Of a DNA stretch of 20,000 nt, positions 1 through 7,697 are shown piece after piece. The notes below the pieces were generated by a model. The model did no database searches, had not been told where the DNA came from, and saw only the letters and a list, made by a program, of their open reading frames with translations. The stretch is from an uncultured virus (IMG/VR IMGVR_UViG_3300037042_002251) (lineage: Duplodnaviria; Heunggongvirae; Uroviricota; Caudoviricetes), in IMG/VR virus record IMGVR_UViG_3300037042_002251; one strand, 5' to 3'. The first letter of the stretch is position 1; every line of letters begins with the position of its first letter. A program made the position numbers and the translations under genes.

Positions 1-1128
1 TGTGCACTCCCATCAGATACCGCGCCCACGGAGGACAGCGGAGCCTACGAGGGTGGATGGGGCTGCGGTACCCGGGTTCCGCTGGACGGGGAACTCGTCA
101 CCATCGCGATGGTCTACGTCCTCTCCCGAAGGCTCCGTAAGGGCGCACTACCCCTCGTGGTGTTCCTCCTCCTCCCGCTGTCACGAGCGCACGCAGCGGA
201 GCCGAACGAGATGTGGCGGGCCTCTGTTGGTGAGTGGATGCTCACGGACACGCCCGTGACGGGCCTCCGACAGGACGCAGGGTGGGCCTACGGCACGTTC
301 AACTACCGCTCGGACGCCGGAGTAGACACCAACGGGTTCCTCCATACCGACACGGCAGGTGGTCTCCGCCTCGCCAAGGCTCACGGGTGGCTCGGTTTCG
401 ACAGTTCGGGGCGGGATGTCCGGGCTTCGGTCGGCACGTTCTTCGGCCCTACCTTTCTCCGTGTGGGAGCAACGAACGGACAGACCTACGACGGCGACTT
501 CCTCGTCCACGGGTCGCGTGGGTACATGGCGCTAGGAGGCCAGTACGGGGATGACTTCCTGTGGCGGATACGCTCGGGCTTCCGAGCATGGAAGTTCTCG
601 TTGGAAGGGACGTACATCTCCGACCGTCGCAACGAGGTTCTGGTTGCCCTCCACCTCCCGTGGAGGGCGGTCTCGTTCGTGCCTACGGTCTCGACAGGGT
701 TCGGTTCCACGGTGGGAACGCCTCGGGTTCGGGCTGTCCTCTCCGTCTCCTTCCTCCCCGTTCCGGCCCCAGCCCCGGCTCCCGTTCTCCCTCCCGTCCT
801 TCCCCCTCCTGTTCCGGAGCCCCCTCCTCCGCTCCCTCCGGTTGAGCCCCCGCCTCCGGTTGAGCCGTCTCCTGTTCCCCCGCCCGCTCCGGTCATCGCG
901 CTCGCCGCAGAGTTGACGGGAGCCTCGGATGCTCTCGCCGCCTTCCTCACCGGAAACCCGCGCATCGTCCTCGTTCGCCTCGAAGTTCACGCTGCGGACG
1001 TGTCTGAGACAGAGCGGGTCAAGGCGTACCTGACGGAGAAGGGCATCTCGGGAGAGAGGCTAGAGGTCGTGTTCATCCAGACTTCCGGGGCTCCGTACGT
1101 AGATGCGGAAATCGTGAAGGTCGAATAG
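1..1128 (+). CDS. Outer-membrane protein, 5'-truncated: internal MYXO-CTERM-like motif, signal-peptide-like segment, predicted beta-barrel, Pro-rich linker, degenerate OmpA-like C-terminal domain
   Basis: Frame 1 is open from base 1 (CALPSDTAPTEDSGAYEGGWGCGT...MVYVLSRRLRK) into the 109..1128 ORF. LVVFLLLPLSRAHA resembles a signal peptide; Gly/aromatic amphipathic strands follow; the C-terminus LTGNPRIVLVRLEVH...VKAYLTEKGISGERLEVV resembles OmpA C-like domains. Confidence 0.65.
   Translation, partial: CALPSDTAPTEDSGAYEGGWGCGTRVPLDGELVTIAMVYVLSRRLRKGALPLVVFLLLPLSRAHAAEPNEMWRASVGEWMLTDTPVTGLRQDAGWAYGTFNYRSDAGVDTNGFLHTDTAGGLRLAKAHGWLGFDSSGRDVRASVGTFFGPTFLRVGATNGQTYDGDFLVHGSRGYMALGGQYGDDFLWRIRSGFRAWKFSLEGTYISDRRNEVLVALHLPWRAVSFVPTVSTGFGSTVGTPRVRAVLSVSFLPVPAPAPAPVLPPVLPPPVPEPPPPLPPVEPPPPVEPSPVPPPAPVIALAAELTGASDALAAFLTGNPRIVLVRLEVHAADVSETERVKAYLTEKGISGERLEVVFIQTSGAPYVDAEIVKVE
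757..891 (+). repeat. Low-complexity Pro-rich linker (PVPAPAPAPVLPPVLPPPVPEPPPPLPPVEPPPPVEPSPVPPPAP)
   Basis: Visible in the translation and as C/T-rich DNA with imperfect short repeats (cctccggttgagcc twice). Confidence 0.85.
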
Positions 1129-1141
1129 TCCGCCGGACGTA

Positions 1142-1170
1142 TTGACAGCCGAGAGGGCGAAGGGTAAACG
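1142..1170 (+). promoter_or_regulatory. Sigma70-like promoter P1 (TTGACA-N17-TAAACG), likely leaderless
   Basis: Intergenic; exact 17-nt spacer; ATG 1177 is 6 nt after the -10 box; matches the other promoters in the window. Confidence 0.7.
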
Positions 1171-1176
1171 GAAGGC

Positions 1177-1566
1177 ATGACACAGCCTCCGTACACCCTG
1201 CTCCCCGGCTGGGAATGGCTCCCCGGGATGCTCGTTCACCTCTACTCCACGCCTCGCAGGCTCTTGGCCGTCCGGGAAGATGACTTCCTCGGAGAACCTG
1301 TGCTGGAGGGTCTGGTTGACCAAGAGGAAAGTGCCCCCAAGTGGGTCAACCTCCAGTATGTCCTGCTCTGCCCGGAGGACCCCGCGACCGGTGGGTGCTT
1401 CTTGTCTCTCCTCGGAGACGACATCGAAGTCTGGATGGAGCCCGGAGCCGTCTACGTCCGACCCTACGCCGCAGGAGAGACGACCGGACCTTCATGGTCC
1501 GGAGCCACGCTAGGAGAGGCATGTGTCAGCATGGCGTTGGGCCGGGGCTACTGGAGAGCGGAGTGA
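1177..1566 (+). CDS. Hypothetical phage protein (WxWxPGM...DPATxGC family), 129 aa
   Basis: ORF after P1; GTGA overlap with the next gene; motifs shared with 2012..2290. Confidence 0.75.
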   Translation: MTQPPYTLLPGWEWLPGMLVHLYSTPRRLLAVREDDFLGEPVLEGLVDQEESAPKWVNLQYVLLCPEDPATGGCFLSLLGDDIEVWMEPGAVYVRPYAAGETTGPSWSGATLGEACVSMALGRGYWRAE

Positions 1567-1826
1567 CCTACGACATTCTTGAGTGCGACCGGAGGGCAAC
1601 TCCACTTGGAGCGGCCCTCTACGTCCGCATCCATCGGAGCGACAAGGCCCCGATGGGGTTCCGGGAACTGTGGGACGTGTTCGATGCCCACTACCCGGAG
1701 AAGTGGGCCGTACAGGTCTTTCCGCCCCGGTCGGACCTGCTCGACCAAGCGAACAAGTACCACCTCTTCGTGCTGGACACGGAGCCGCAAGATTTCAACC
1801 TGATGCGCCCCGGACCTCGGGGTTGA
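1563..1826 (+). CDS. Conserved small phage protein (AVQVFPP...LLDQANKYHLF motif), 87 aa
   Basis: GTG start overlaps the upstream stop (GTGA); the motif resembles a widespread phage domain of unknown function (recalled, not searched). Confidence 0.75.
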   Translation: MTYDILECDRRATPLGAALYVRIHRSDKAPMGFRELWDVFDAHYPEKWAVQVFPPRSDLLDQANKYHLFVLDTEPQDFNLMRPGPRG

Positions 1827-1835
1827 GAGAACGAC

Positions 1836-2015
1836 ATGGGCCTTGACGACGAAATCGCTCGCGGAGTGTTCCACCAACCATTGGACCTCGAACCCATCAA
1901 GGCTCGTCTCCGAGACGGCAAGGTTCACCCGGACGACGTGCGTGTTCTCATCGAGGAGGTCGAGCGTCTCCGGAAGTCGAACAAGCGACTGAACGCCATC
2001 GTGGGCGTACCGTGA
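1836..2015 (+). CDS. Small Ead/Ea22-like protein, 59 aa (below the ORF-track cutoff)
   Basis: Manual translation MGLDDEIARGVFHQPLDLEPIKARLRDGKVHPDDVRVLIEEVERLRKSNKRLNAIVGVP; fills the gap and its stop overlaps the 2012 start. Confidence 0.75.
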   Translation: MGLDDEIARGVFHQPLDLEPIKARLRDGKVHPDDVRVLIEEVERLRKSNKRLNAIVGVP

Positions 2016-2290
2016 AGTGGTTGCCGGGGATGCTCGGAGTGAGCCGCAACGACGGGACGAAGTACCGCATCCTCGGGGTGGGTGAGGAGCCGCTACGTGT
2101 AGACGCTCGGCTCGGGCAGGACCTTGCGGAGTGGCCCGTCCAGACCGGGATGCAGAGCCTCGACCCGGACCTCAACGACACCGTGACGCGACTCTGTGCG
2201 CTGGAACTGGTCCGCCAGCGTCGCTGCAATCCTGATTGGTTCCCAGCATCTCCGGCGGACCTCCTCACGGCATGGCGAAAGATACAATGA
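2012..2290 (+). CDS. Hypothetical phage protein, paralog of 1177..1566, 92 aa
   Basis: KWLPGML...PDLNDTVTRLCALELVR; GTGA coupling. Confidence 0.7.
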   Translation: MKWLPGMLGVSRNDGTKYRILGVGEEPLRVDARLGQDLAEWPVQTGMQSLDPDLNDTVTRLCALELVRQRRCNPDWFPASPADLLTAWRKIQ

Positions 2291-2306
2291 AAGTGTCGGA
2301 CACGGT

Positions 2307-2335
2307 TTGACGGCTGACTGAAGCCGGAGTAGGTT
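2307..2335 (+). promoter_or_regulatory. Sigma70-like promoter P2 (TTGACG-N17-TAGGTT)
   Basis: Intergenic; 17-nt spacer; GCTGAC box after the -35; palindrome GTGTC-g-GACAC at 2293-2303. Confidence 0.75.
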
Positions 2336-2350
2336 GTGCATGAGGTGACC

Positions 2351-2758
2351 ATGAGCGACCATCCGAACAGCCTTCTTGCCTACGACCGTTCCGAGGAGAA
2401 CGGAGCGAACCGCCGCCAGCGGTACTACCAGTTCGTCCTCTCTCGGGGTGAGGCCGGTGCGACGGACGACGAGGTCATCGTCGGAGCGGGCATCGACCAT
2501 CAATCCGTGGGAGCGTGCCGTCACGACCTGATGAAGTTGGGGGCCCTCGTGGACACGGGCACCAACCGGCAGACTCGCTCAAAGCGGCTCGCTCGGGTGT
2601 GGCGGGGCGTGCCGGGTGTTGACGTGTCCATCAAGCCCCCCAAGACCCGCCGCGAGGAACTGCTCCGGCTTGCTCGCAAGGTCCTTAAGACCCTCACGGA
2701 CGAGCAGTTGGAGATGTTCGTGAGCGAAGACTTCACGGAGACCTACGACGATGAGTAA
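2351..2758 (+). CDS. Putative winged-helix DNA-binding phage protein, 135 aa
   Basis: RBS GAGGTG; GATDDEV...HQSVGACRHDLMKLGALVDTGTNRQTRSKRLARVW resembles a common phage wHTH family. Confidence 0.7.
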   Translation: MSDHPNSLLAYDRSEENGANRRQRYYQFVLSRGEAGATDDEVIVGAGIDHQSVGACRHDLMKLGALVDTGTNRQTRSKRLARVWRGVPGVDVSIKPPKTRREELLRLARKVLKTLTDEQLEMFVSEDFTETYDDE

Positions 2759-3107
2759 CGACCTCAAGTCCATTAAGGCTCGCCTCGACAGGGCCAGCCC
2801 CGGCCCGTGGCGTGCGCTCGCAGGCGCACGGAAAGTGTCCGTCCGCGACGTAGGACTGGGTGCGCTCCCCGCCTCCTTCGCAACCCCGCTAGTGCTGGGG
2901 AACGACGAGTACGTCCTTGGCGAGATTTCGCCGTGGATTGAAGACGTAGACCGCGACTTCATCGTCCACGCCCGCACAGATGTCGAGAGCCTCTACGACG
3001 AACTCCGCGCCGCTCGCGAACACCTGCGAGCCGTGCTGTTCGATTGCGACGAACAAGCCGTCGCCGCTGCCCGCGCCTACCTCAAGGACACGGAGAAGAG
3101 CACATGA
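2751..3107 (+). CDS. Ead/Ea22-like phage protein, 118 aa
   Basis: DLKSIKARLDRASPGPW...DRDFIVHARTDVESLYDELR motif. Confidence 0.75.
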   Translation: MSNDLKSIKARLDRASPGPWRALAGARKVSVRDVGLGALPASFATPLVLGNDEYVLGEISPWIEDVDRDFIVHARTDVESLYDELRAAREHLRAVLFDCDEQAVAAARAYLKDTEKST

Positions 3108-3379
3108 GGTCGCAATACTCCATGCTGTGGTCGGTCTACGACCGAAACGAGGACCACGATACCTCCTGTTGGTGGGGTCAGGGTTGGGGCTGGGTACGTC
3201 GCGGAGAGACGAAGGCCCCCACTCTTCAGTCCTGCTCGATGCACCACTACCGGAAGACGGCAGAGAAGAGCGCGCTCCGGCTACTCGCGAAGGGCGGCGA
3301 CCCCGTTCTCGTCCAGACCTGCTACCGGAAGTCACGCAAGCACCCGAAGGGCTGGGACCGTGAGTGGGGGATGCGATGA
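3104..3379 (+). CDS. Hypothetical protein, 91 aa
   Basis: ATGA overlaps at both ends. Confidence 0.65.
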   Translation: MRSQYSMLWSVYDRNEDHDTSCWWGQGWGWVRRGETKAPTLQSCSMHHYRKTAEKSALRLLAKGGDPVLVQTCYRKSRKHPKGWDREWGMR

Positions 3380-3597
3380 AGTCGCTGCCCGGAGACACGG
3401 TCGAGTACACCCGACACGCGGACGGCACGACCGTTCGGGGTGTTGTGAAGTTCGTCCTCTCGCGCTCTCAGCACCCCGACCTGTTCCACTCCCAACTGGC
3501 GGAGGAGGACGTGGCGTACCGTCTCCACCTTTCCTTGGTGGACGAGGTTCGCGTTGGGCATCCCGTCACCATCGGTCACTCGCGGGTGAAGCCGTGA
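3376..3597 (+). CDS. Hypothetical protein, 73 aa
   Basis: ATGA/GTGA overlaps at both ends. Confidence 0.65.
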   Translation: MKSLPGDTVEYTRHADGTTVRGVVKFVLSRSQHPDLFHSQLAEEDVAYRLHLSLVDEVRVGHPVTIGHSRVKP

Positions 3598-3902
3598 CCC
3601 CAGCCAAGGAACCTTGCTCCGTGTGCAAGGGCTACTGCTGCCTCGACGAACTCTACTACCCCATCGAACACATGGGTGCGGGTTGGTATCGGCACGACTG
3701 CTGCGCGTGCGTGCACGGCACCAAGTACGAACCTGCCCGCAGCGTCGGAGAGGAGCGGGCCGACGTACTGGCGTTCCTCGAACAGGCGTGCGGGTACGCG
3801 TACCCTGACCCTCCGCTGCACCCGTCTCGCTACATCAAGATGCTCGCAACGCTCATCACGACCGGCTCCCACATCGGAGCAGTCAAGAGGGGGGAGCCAT
3901 GA
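3594..3902 (+). CDS. Cys-rich zinc-finger-like modular protein, 102 aa
   Basis: CSVCKGYCC...HDCCACVHG followed by EERADVLAFL...ITTGSH; coupled overlaps. Confidence 0.7.
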   Translation: MTPAKEPCSVCKGYCCLDELYYPIEHMGAGWYRHDCCACVHGTKYEPARSVGEERADVLAFLEQACGYAYPDPPLHPSRYIKMLATLITTGSHIGAVKRGEP

Positions 3903-4339
3903 CTACTCCGTGTCCCATGTGTGACGGCAAGTGCTGTCGCACGGAGATTCACCGCATCCCCACGTCCCACTCGGGGGACAACTGCCATGTGTGCCCCGGG
4001 TGTCGGAACGGCACCGCTCCGGCAATCGACTTCAAGAGGATGAAGGCGATGTTCAACGAAGCGGACACCCTCCTCACGGAGATTGGGTACGCACTCGAAG
4101 GAAAGGAAGTTCCCAAGGGTAAGGACGAACTCCTCGACCGGGTCATTGAACTCCGCGACGCTCGACGCCTCGACAACGAGGACCTCGCCCGCTCATTCGA
4201 CATGGGCTGGGACGCATCAACCGCCGCCGTGGTGGCGTGGCTGCGGGGGCAGGCCGAGAGCACGAACTTCCGCCCGCGGAAGTGCCCGCTCGCAGACGCC
4301 ATCGAACGTGGCGACCACATGAAGGGGAACAAGCGATGA
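3899..4339 (+). CDS. Cys-rich zinc-finger-like modular protein, 146 aa
   Basis: CPMCDGKCC...HVCPGCRNG; C-terminal AAVVAWLR...ADAIERGDH; RBS GGAG. Confidence 0.75.
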   Translation: MTTPCPMCDGKCCRTEIHRIPTSHSGDNCHVCPGCRNGTAPAIDFKRMKAMFNEADTLLTEIGYALEGKEVPKGKDELLDRVIELRDARRLDNEDLARSFDMGWDASTAAVVAWLRGQAESTNFRPRKCPLADAIERGDHMKGNKR

Positions 4340-4901
4340 ACCTCGACATCAACGCCCTCCGCGAACGGCTGCGCGAGTACGAACCCTCCATCGTCCGCTG
4401 CCCGAACAAGGTCGAAGAGGTGCGTGACGACGCTTTCCTCTACCATCCGTGTGGCCGTCCGGAGGGGCACGAGGGGGCGTGCGGGAACGTCCGAATGGTG
4501 CTGGGCTTCCCCGGCTACGCCTCTCTCGCCGCGCTGCTGGACGAGGTGGAGCGGCTCCGCGAGAACGCCGAAGCCCGTGAGCGCGTCATGCGCCGGGAGA
4601 ACGTCATCCTGCGCGCCGCCGAGCGCGAGCGGGACGAACTGCGCGCCGACGTGAGGGACGCCGAGAAGGGCGCGGCGGCGTGCGACCAGATGCTCGCGCT
4701 CCTCGACGGCTTGCCCGTCAGCGACCCGTGCCCCGAGGCGGCGAGGGTCGCGGCCTTGCTTGCCGAGAACACCGCGCTGCGCGAGTTGCTGGACGCAAAG
4801 TCCCACGAGGCGGGCCTCTACGCTCGCCGGATGGAGCAGGCCCAGCGAAGCCGAGACGAGGCGAGGGCCGAGGAGCGCGCCGCCGTGGTGGCGTGGCTGC
4901 G
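4222..4901 (+). repeat. 24-bp exact direct repeat CGCCGCCGTGGTGGCGTGGCTGCG at 4222-4245 and 4878-4901
   Basis: Read directly; both copies encode AAVVAWLR in adjacent genes. Confidence 0.9.
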
Positions 4902-5013
4902 CCGAAAGGCGACGGACGACTTCTGCGCGCTCCGCGTGAAAGAGGCATGTGATGCCGAGAAATCCGCAGATGTCATTGAACGCGGCGAGCACCGCCGCGA
5001 GGAGGAGGAATGA
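4336..5013 (+). CDS. Ead/Ea22-like coiled-coil modular protein, 225 aa
   Basis: MNLDINALRERL...LLDEVERLR, coiled coil, EERAAVVAWLR...IERGEH; ATGA overlaps. Confidence 0.8.
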   Translation: MNLDINALRERLREYEPSIVRCPNKVEEVRDDAFLYHPCGRPEGHEGACGNVRMVLGFPGYASLAALLDEVERLRENAEARERVMRRENVILRAAERERDELRADVRDAEKGAAACDQMLALLDGLPVSDPCPEAARVAALLAENTALRELLDAKSHEAGLYARRMEQAQRSRDEARAEERAAVVAWLRRKATDDFCALRVKEACDAEKSADVIERGEHRREEEE

Positions 5014-5276
5014 ACATCGACATCAGCAAGGGCGACATCAACGAGCACCTCTGGTTCCAGCGTATGCTCGAAGCACGGCTTGTGGCAGAGACGCAGCGTA
5101 GGGCTATTGAAGCGCAGGCTATCGCGCCAGAAGGCGGGCGATGGCGTTTCGAGGTCAACGCAAACTACTCCGCAAATGCTGTGGAGGTAACCTACTTCGA
5201 TAAACTGTCCGTCCGGCGATGCGAGACGTACACCCTCGCGGAAGTTCTGCGCCTCGCCATGACGGAGAAGGAATGA
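5010..5276 (+). CDS. Hypothetical protein, 88 aa
   Basis: RBS GGAGGAGG; ATGA overlaps. Confidence 0.7.
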   Translation: MNIDISKGDINEHLWFQRMLEARLVAETQRRAIEAQAIAPEGGRWRFEVNANYSANAVEVTYFDKLSVRRCETYTLAEVLRLAMTEKE

Positions 5277-5506
5277 GCGAGAAGAAGTATTGGAGGGTCG
5301 AACTAGATAAAGTCACCCGCTACGCGACCTACGTTGTCGCGGACACGCTGGAGGCAGCATTTGCCATCGCGTACACCGTCGAAGAAGACGAAGTGCGGGA
5401 AATGAGCGTGGAGTGGCTGGAAGTCGAGGTTTATGCGGCAGACCAAGACGAGGCTTTGGACGGTGGGCTTCTGTTCCGGCCCAGCGACGACGAGGAGGAG
5501 CCATGA
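5273..5506 (+). CDS. Small acidic protein (DpnD/PcfM-like pattern), 77 aa
   Basis: KYWRVEL...YVVADTLEAAFAIA; ATGA overlaps; similar to 6439..6621. Confidence 0.7.
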   Translation: MSEKKYWRVELDKVTRYATYVVADTLEAAFAIAYTVEEDEVREMSVEWLEVEVYAADQDEALDGGLLFRPSDDEEEP

Positions 5507-5910
5507 CCACGACCCCACTCTGCACAACCTGTCGCGGCGACTGCTGCTCCAACGAGAGCGGAAGCCGCGTCGTGGCCCACGGAGCCGCGCTCTCGCTGCA
5601 CCGCTGCCCTGACTGCCCCGACGGTTACGCCCTCCCCATCGACCTCGCAGCGGCGAGGTTGGCCGCGCTGTGGGACGCAGAGCGAGAGAACACCGCGCTG
5701 CGGCTGGAGGTCGCGTGGCTCCGGTCGGACATCCTGCCCACAGAGCCGTGCGCCACGTGTGGACACCCGAAGTGGAAGCATCACGACTACCGCAACGGAG
5801 AAGGGCACGACGTGACGAAGTGCTGGGGGCGTGGATTCGACCGTGACGACTGCCATGCGCGATGCGTGCGATTCGTTCGCCACCCGCACCATCGCGAGGA
5901 GGGCGCATGA
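5503..5910 (+). CDS. Cys/His-rich double zinc-finger modular protein, 135 aa
   Basis: CTTCRGDCC...HRCPDCPDG; ENTALR; CATCGHPKWKH...C...CHARCVRF; RBS GGAGGAG. Confidence 0.75.
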   Translation: MTTTPLCTTCRGDCCSNESGSRVVAHGAALSLHRCPDCPDGYALPIDLAAARLAALWDAERENTALRLEVAWLRSDILPTEPCATCGHPKWKHHDYRNGEGHDVTKCWGRGFDRDDCHARCVRFVRHPHHREEGA

Positions 5911-6146
5911 GGCTCAAGTACGTCCACACCCGGGTCGTCCGTTACGTGTGCGTGGTCGAGGCTCCCAGCATGGACATGGGCGACGACCTCATGCTCCTCC
6001 ACGACGAGTGGCAGGAGGACAAAGTGGAATCCTACGACCCTCCGTGGCGTGAGGACTGCAACCCGGACGAGCCACCCGACCTCTACATCACGGAGGACGG
6101 AGAGATGATTTCTGCGTGGGCCATGCGACAGAAGGAGAAGCCATGA
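5907..6146 (+). CDS. Small acidic hypothetical protein, 79 aa
   Basis: RBS GGAGG; ATGA overlaps. Confidence 0.7.
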   Translation: MRLKYVHTRVVRYVCVVEAPSMDMGDDLMLLHDEWQEDKVESYDPPWREDCNPDEPPDLYITEDGEMISAWAMRQKEKP

Positions 6147-6442
6147 AACTCGACATTGAAGCCATCAAGCGACGACACCTTGACCCGGAGAAGACGGCGG
6201 GGCGCACGATGTACGAAGGGCACATCACCATCGACCTCGGGGCCTGTGTGGACGAGATTGAACATCTCCGGGACCAACACCAGCGCATCCTCACCATGCT
6301 TCAAGAGCGGGTCCAGCGCCGGGCCCGAGAGGCGTACGCAGCATGGGACGCTGCTGACGGAGACGGCGTTGCTTGGAACCTCGAAAACGAGGTGAAGTCC
6401 ATTCTCACCGACATCATCAGCATTACGGAGAGTGCAACATGA
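6143..6442 (+). CDS. Ead/Ea22-like protein, 99 aa
   Basis: MKLDIEAIKRRH...DLGACVDEIEHLR; RBS AAGGAG. Confidence 0.75.
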   Translation: MKLDIEAIKRRHLDPEKTAGRTMYEGHITIDLGACVDEIEHLRDQHQRILTMLQERVQRRAREAYAAWDAADGDGVAWNLENEVKSILTDIISITESAT

Positions 6443-6621
6443 AGAAGAAGTGGCTCGTTCAGGTCAAGGTTGAGCAGATTCACGGGTACATCGTCGAGGC
6501 GGAGACCGTAGAGGAGGCCAAGAAGGTGGCCGACAGTATCGAGTGGGGCGAAGATACCTGCGAGGATTGGCTGGCCGTCAAGTCCTACGGAGAGCCGACC
6601 CCCGTTGGGTGGGACGAGTGA
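6439..6621 (+). CDS. Small acidic protein (DpnD/PcfM-like pattern), 60 aa
   Basis: KKWLVQVKVEQIHGYIVEAETVEEAKKVA; ATGA overlap. Confidence 0.7.
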   Translation: MKKKWLVQVKVEQIHGYIVEAETVEEAKKVADSIEWGEDTCEDWLAVKSYGEPTPVGWDE

Positions 6622-6830
6622 CAGAGCCTCTCCCACCCCTCAACGCAACCGACCTCCTCGTGGTGGTCTGCCCTGCGTGTCAGGCTCCGGTGGGAGTGCC
6701 CTGTCGTGACCCGTCCACGTTGGCTTCGCTTCCACCCATTCGGAACCCGTACACGGAGCCGCCTGACCCCCGGTTCCACCCGATGTACCATTACGCCCGC
6801 CTCTGGGCAGCAACGGACACCAAGCCATGA
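6618..6830 (+). CDS. Phage zinc-finger protein (CPxCxAxxGxPC...HxxR), 70 aa
   Basis: VVCPACQAPVGVPC...YHYAR; GTGA overlap. Confidence 0.7.
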   Translation: MTEPLPPLNATDLLVVVCPACQAPVGVPCRDPSTLASLPPIRNPYTEPPDPRFHPMYHYARLWAATDTKP

Positions 6831-7048
6831 CCGACAAGAACGGAAACGAAGTGAAGAAGGGGGCACGCTGCCGCTTTGATGCGGAGCGGGGCTGGACGAA
6901 CGGCATTGTCCGGGACGTGAAAGACACCGGAGTGTGGGCTGACCATGCCCGGGTGGATGACGGAGACCCTGCCATCGACGACCTGCACACCAACGGGTTT
7001 AGGGTCTCGGCGTGGGTCTGCTCTGAGGAAATCGAGGTCCTCCCGTGA
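6827..7048 (+). CDS. Small SH3-like hypothetical protein, 73 aa
   Basis: DKNGNEVKKGARC start and EIEVL end typical of small phage beta-barrel proteins; coupled overlaps. Confidence 0.7.
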   Translation: MTDKNGNEVKKGARCRFDAERGWTNGIVRDVKDTGVWADHARVDDGDPAIDDLHTNGFRVSAWVCSEEIEVLP

Positions 7049-7245
7049 GCGTTCTCCGTTGCCCAAAGTGTGGGAACGTCCTGAAGTGGGCGTGTGCCGA
7101 GGAAGAAGGGGAAGCGTACTGCTCCGCGCTCCAGAGCCGCATCCTGTTCGAGTTCCGCAACGACCCGGCCTGTGACTTCGAGGGCAAGGTACGCCGCGTC
7201 TCGCCCTCCGAGGTTGAACTTGTGCCCCGCAGACCGAAGCCGTGA
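7045..7245 (+). CDS. Zinc-ribbon hypothetical protein, 66 aa
   Basis: CPKCG...YC...C; GTGA overlaps. Confidence 0.7.
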   Translation: MSVLRCPKCGNVLKWACAEEEGEAYCSALQSRILFEFRNDPACDFEGKVRRVSPSEVELVPRRPKP

Positions 7246-7673
7246 CGGGCATCCGGCGCATCGTCCCCGTGGTGGACTTCTGGGGCTGGTCGTGGATTGG
7301 CGGCAAGTTGCCCGAGCCGGAGAGGAAGGCTCTCAACGCCGACATGGCGGGCAAGTTCCTGTGGTTCTCGCCGTACCGGGACATCCTCATCAGCGTCGGA
7401 GTGAGCGAACTCCTCTGTGGGTTCCGCTCCGCCAAGGTCAGCCTTGAGCCCCGCAACGGAGAGTACGTCCTCTGCGTCTACGACCGGACACCGGACCGCC
7501 GAAAAGAGGTCGAGGTGAGGACAGAGGACGACTACTCCGTACACTCCGAGTTCCTGCACTTCGCTGGGTGGAAGTACAACTTCAAGACCCGACAGGACCA
7601 TCACCTTCCGATGACCGGAGGCTGGTTCCCTGCCGTGTGGATGAGAAACTTCGCCGGACGCATTGACGGTTGA
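7242..7673 (+). CDS. Hypothetical protein, 143 aa
   Basis: GTGA overlap; last gene before promoter P3. Confidence 0.7.
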   Translation: MTGIRRIVPVVDFWGWSWIGGKLPEPERKALNADMAGKFLWFSPYRDILISVGVSELLCGFRSAKVSLEPRNGEYVLCVYDRTPDRRKEVEVRTEDDYSVHSEFLHFAGWKYNFKTRQDHHLPMTGGWFPAVWMRNFAGRIDG

Positions 7674-7691
7674 CGCAGTTGAGGGTACGTT
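7663..7691 (+). promoter_or_regulatory. Sigma70-like promoter P3 (TTGACG-N17-TACGTT), likely leaderless
   Basis: 17-nt spacer; GTTGAC box; ATG 7698 is 6 nt downstream with no RBS. Confidence 0.75.
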
Positions 7692-7697
7692 CCGGGT

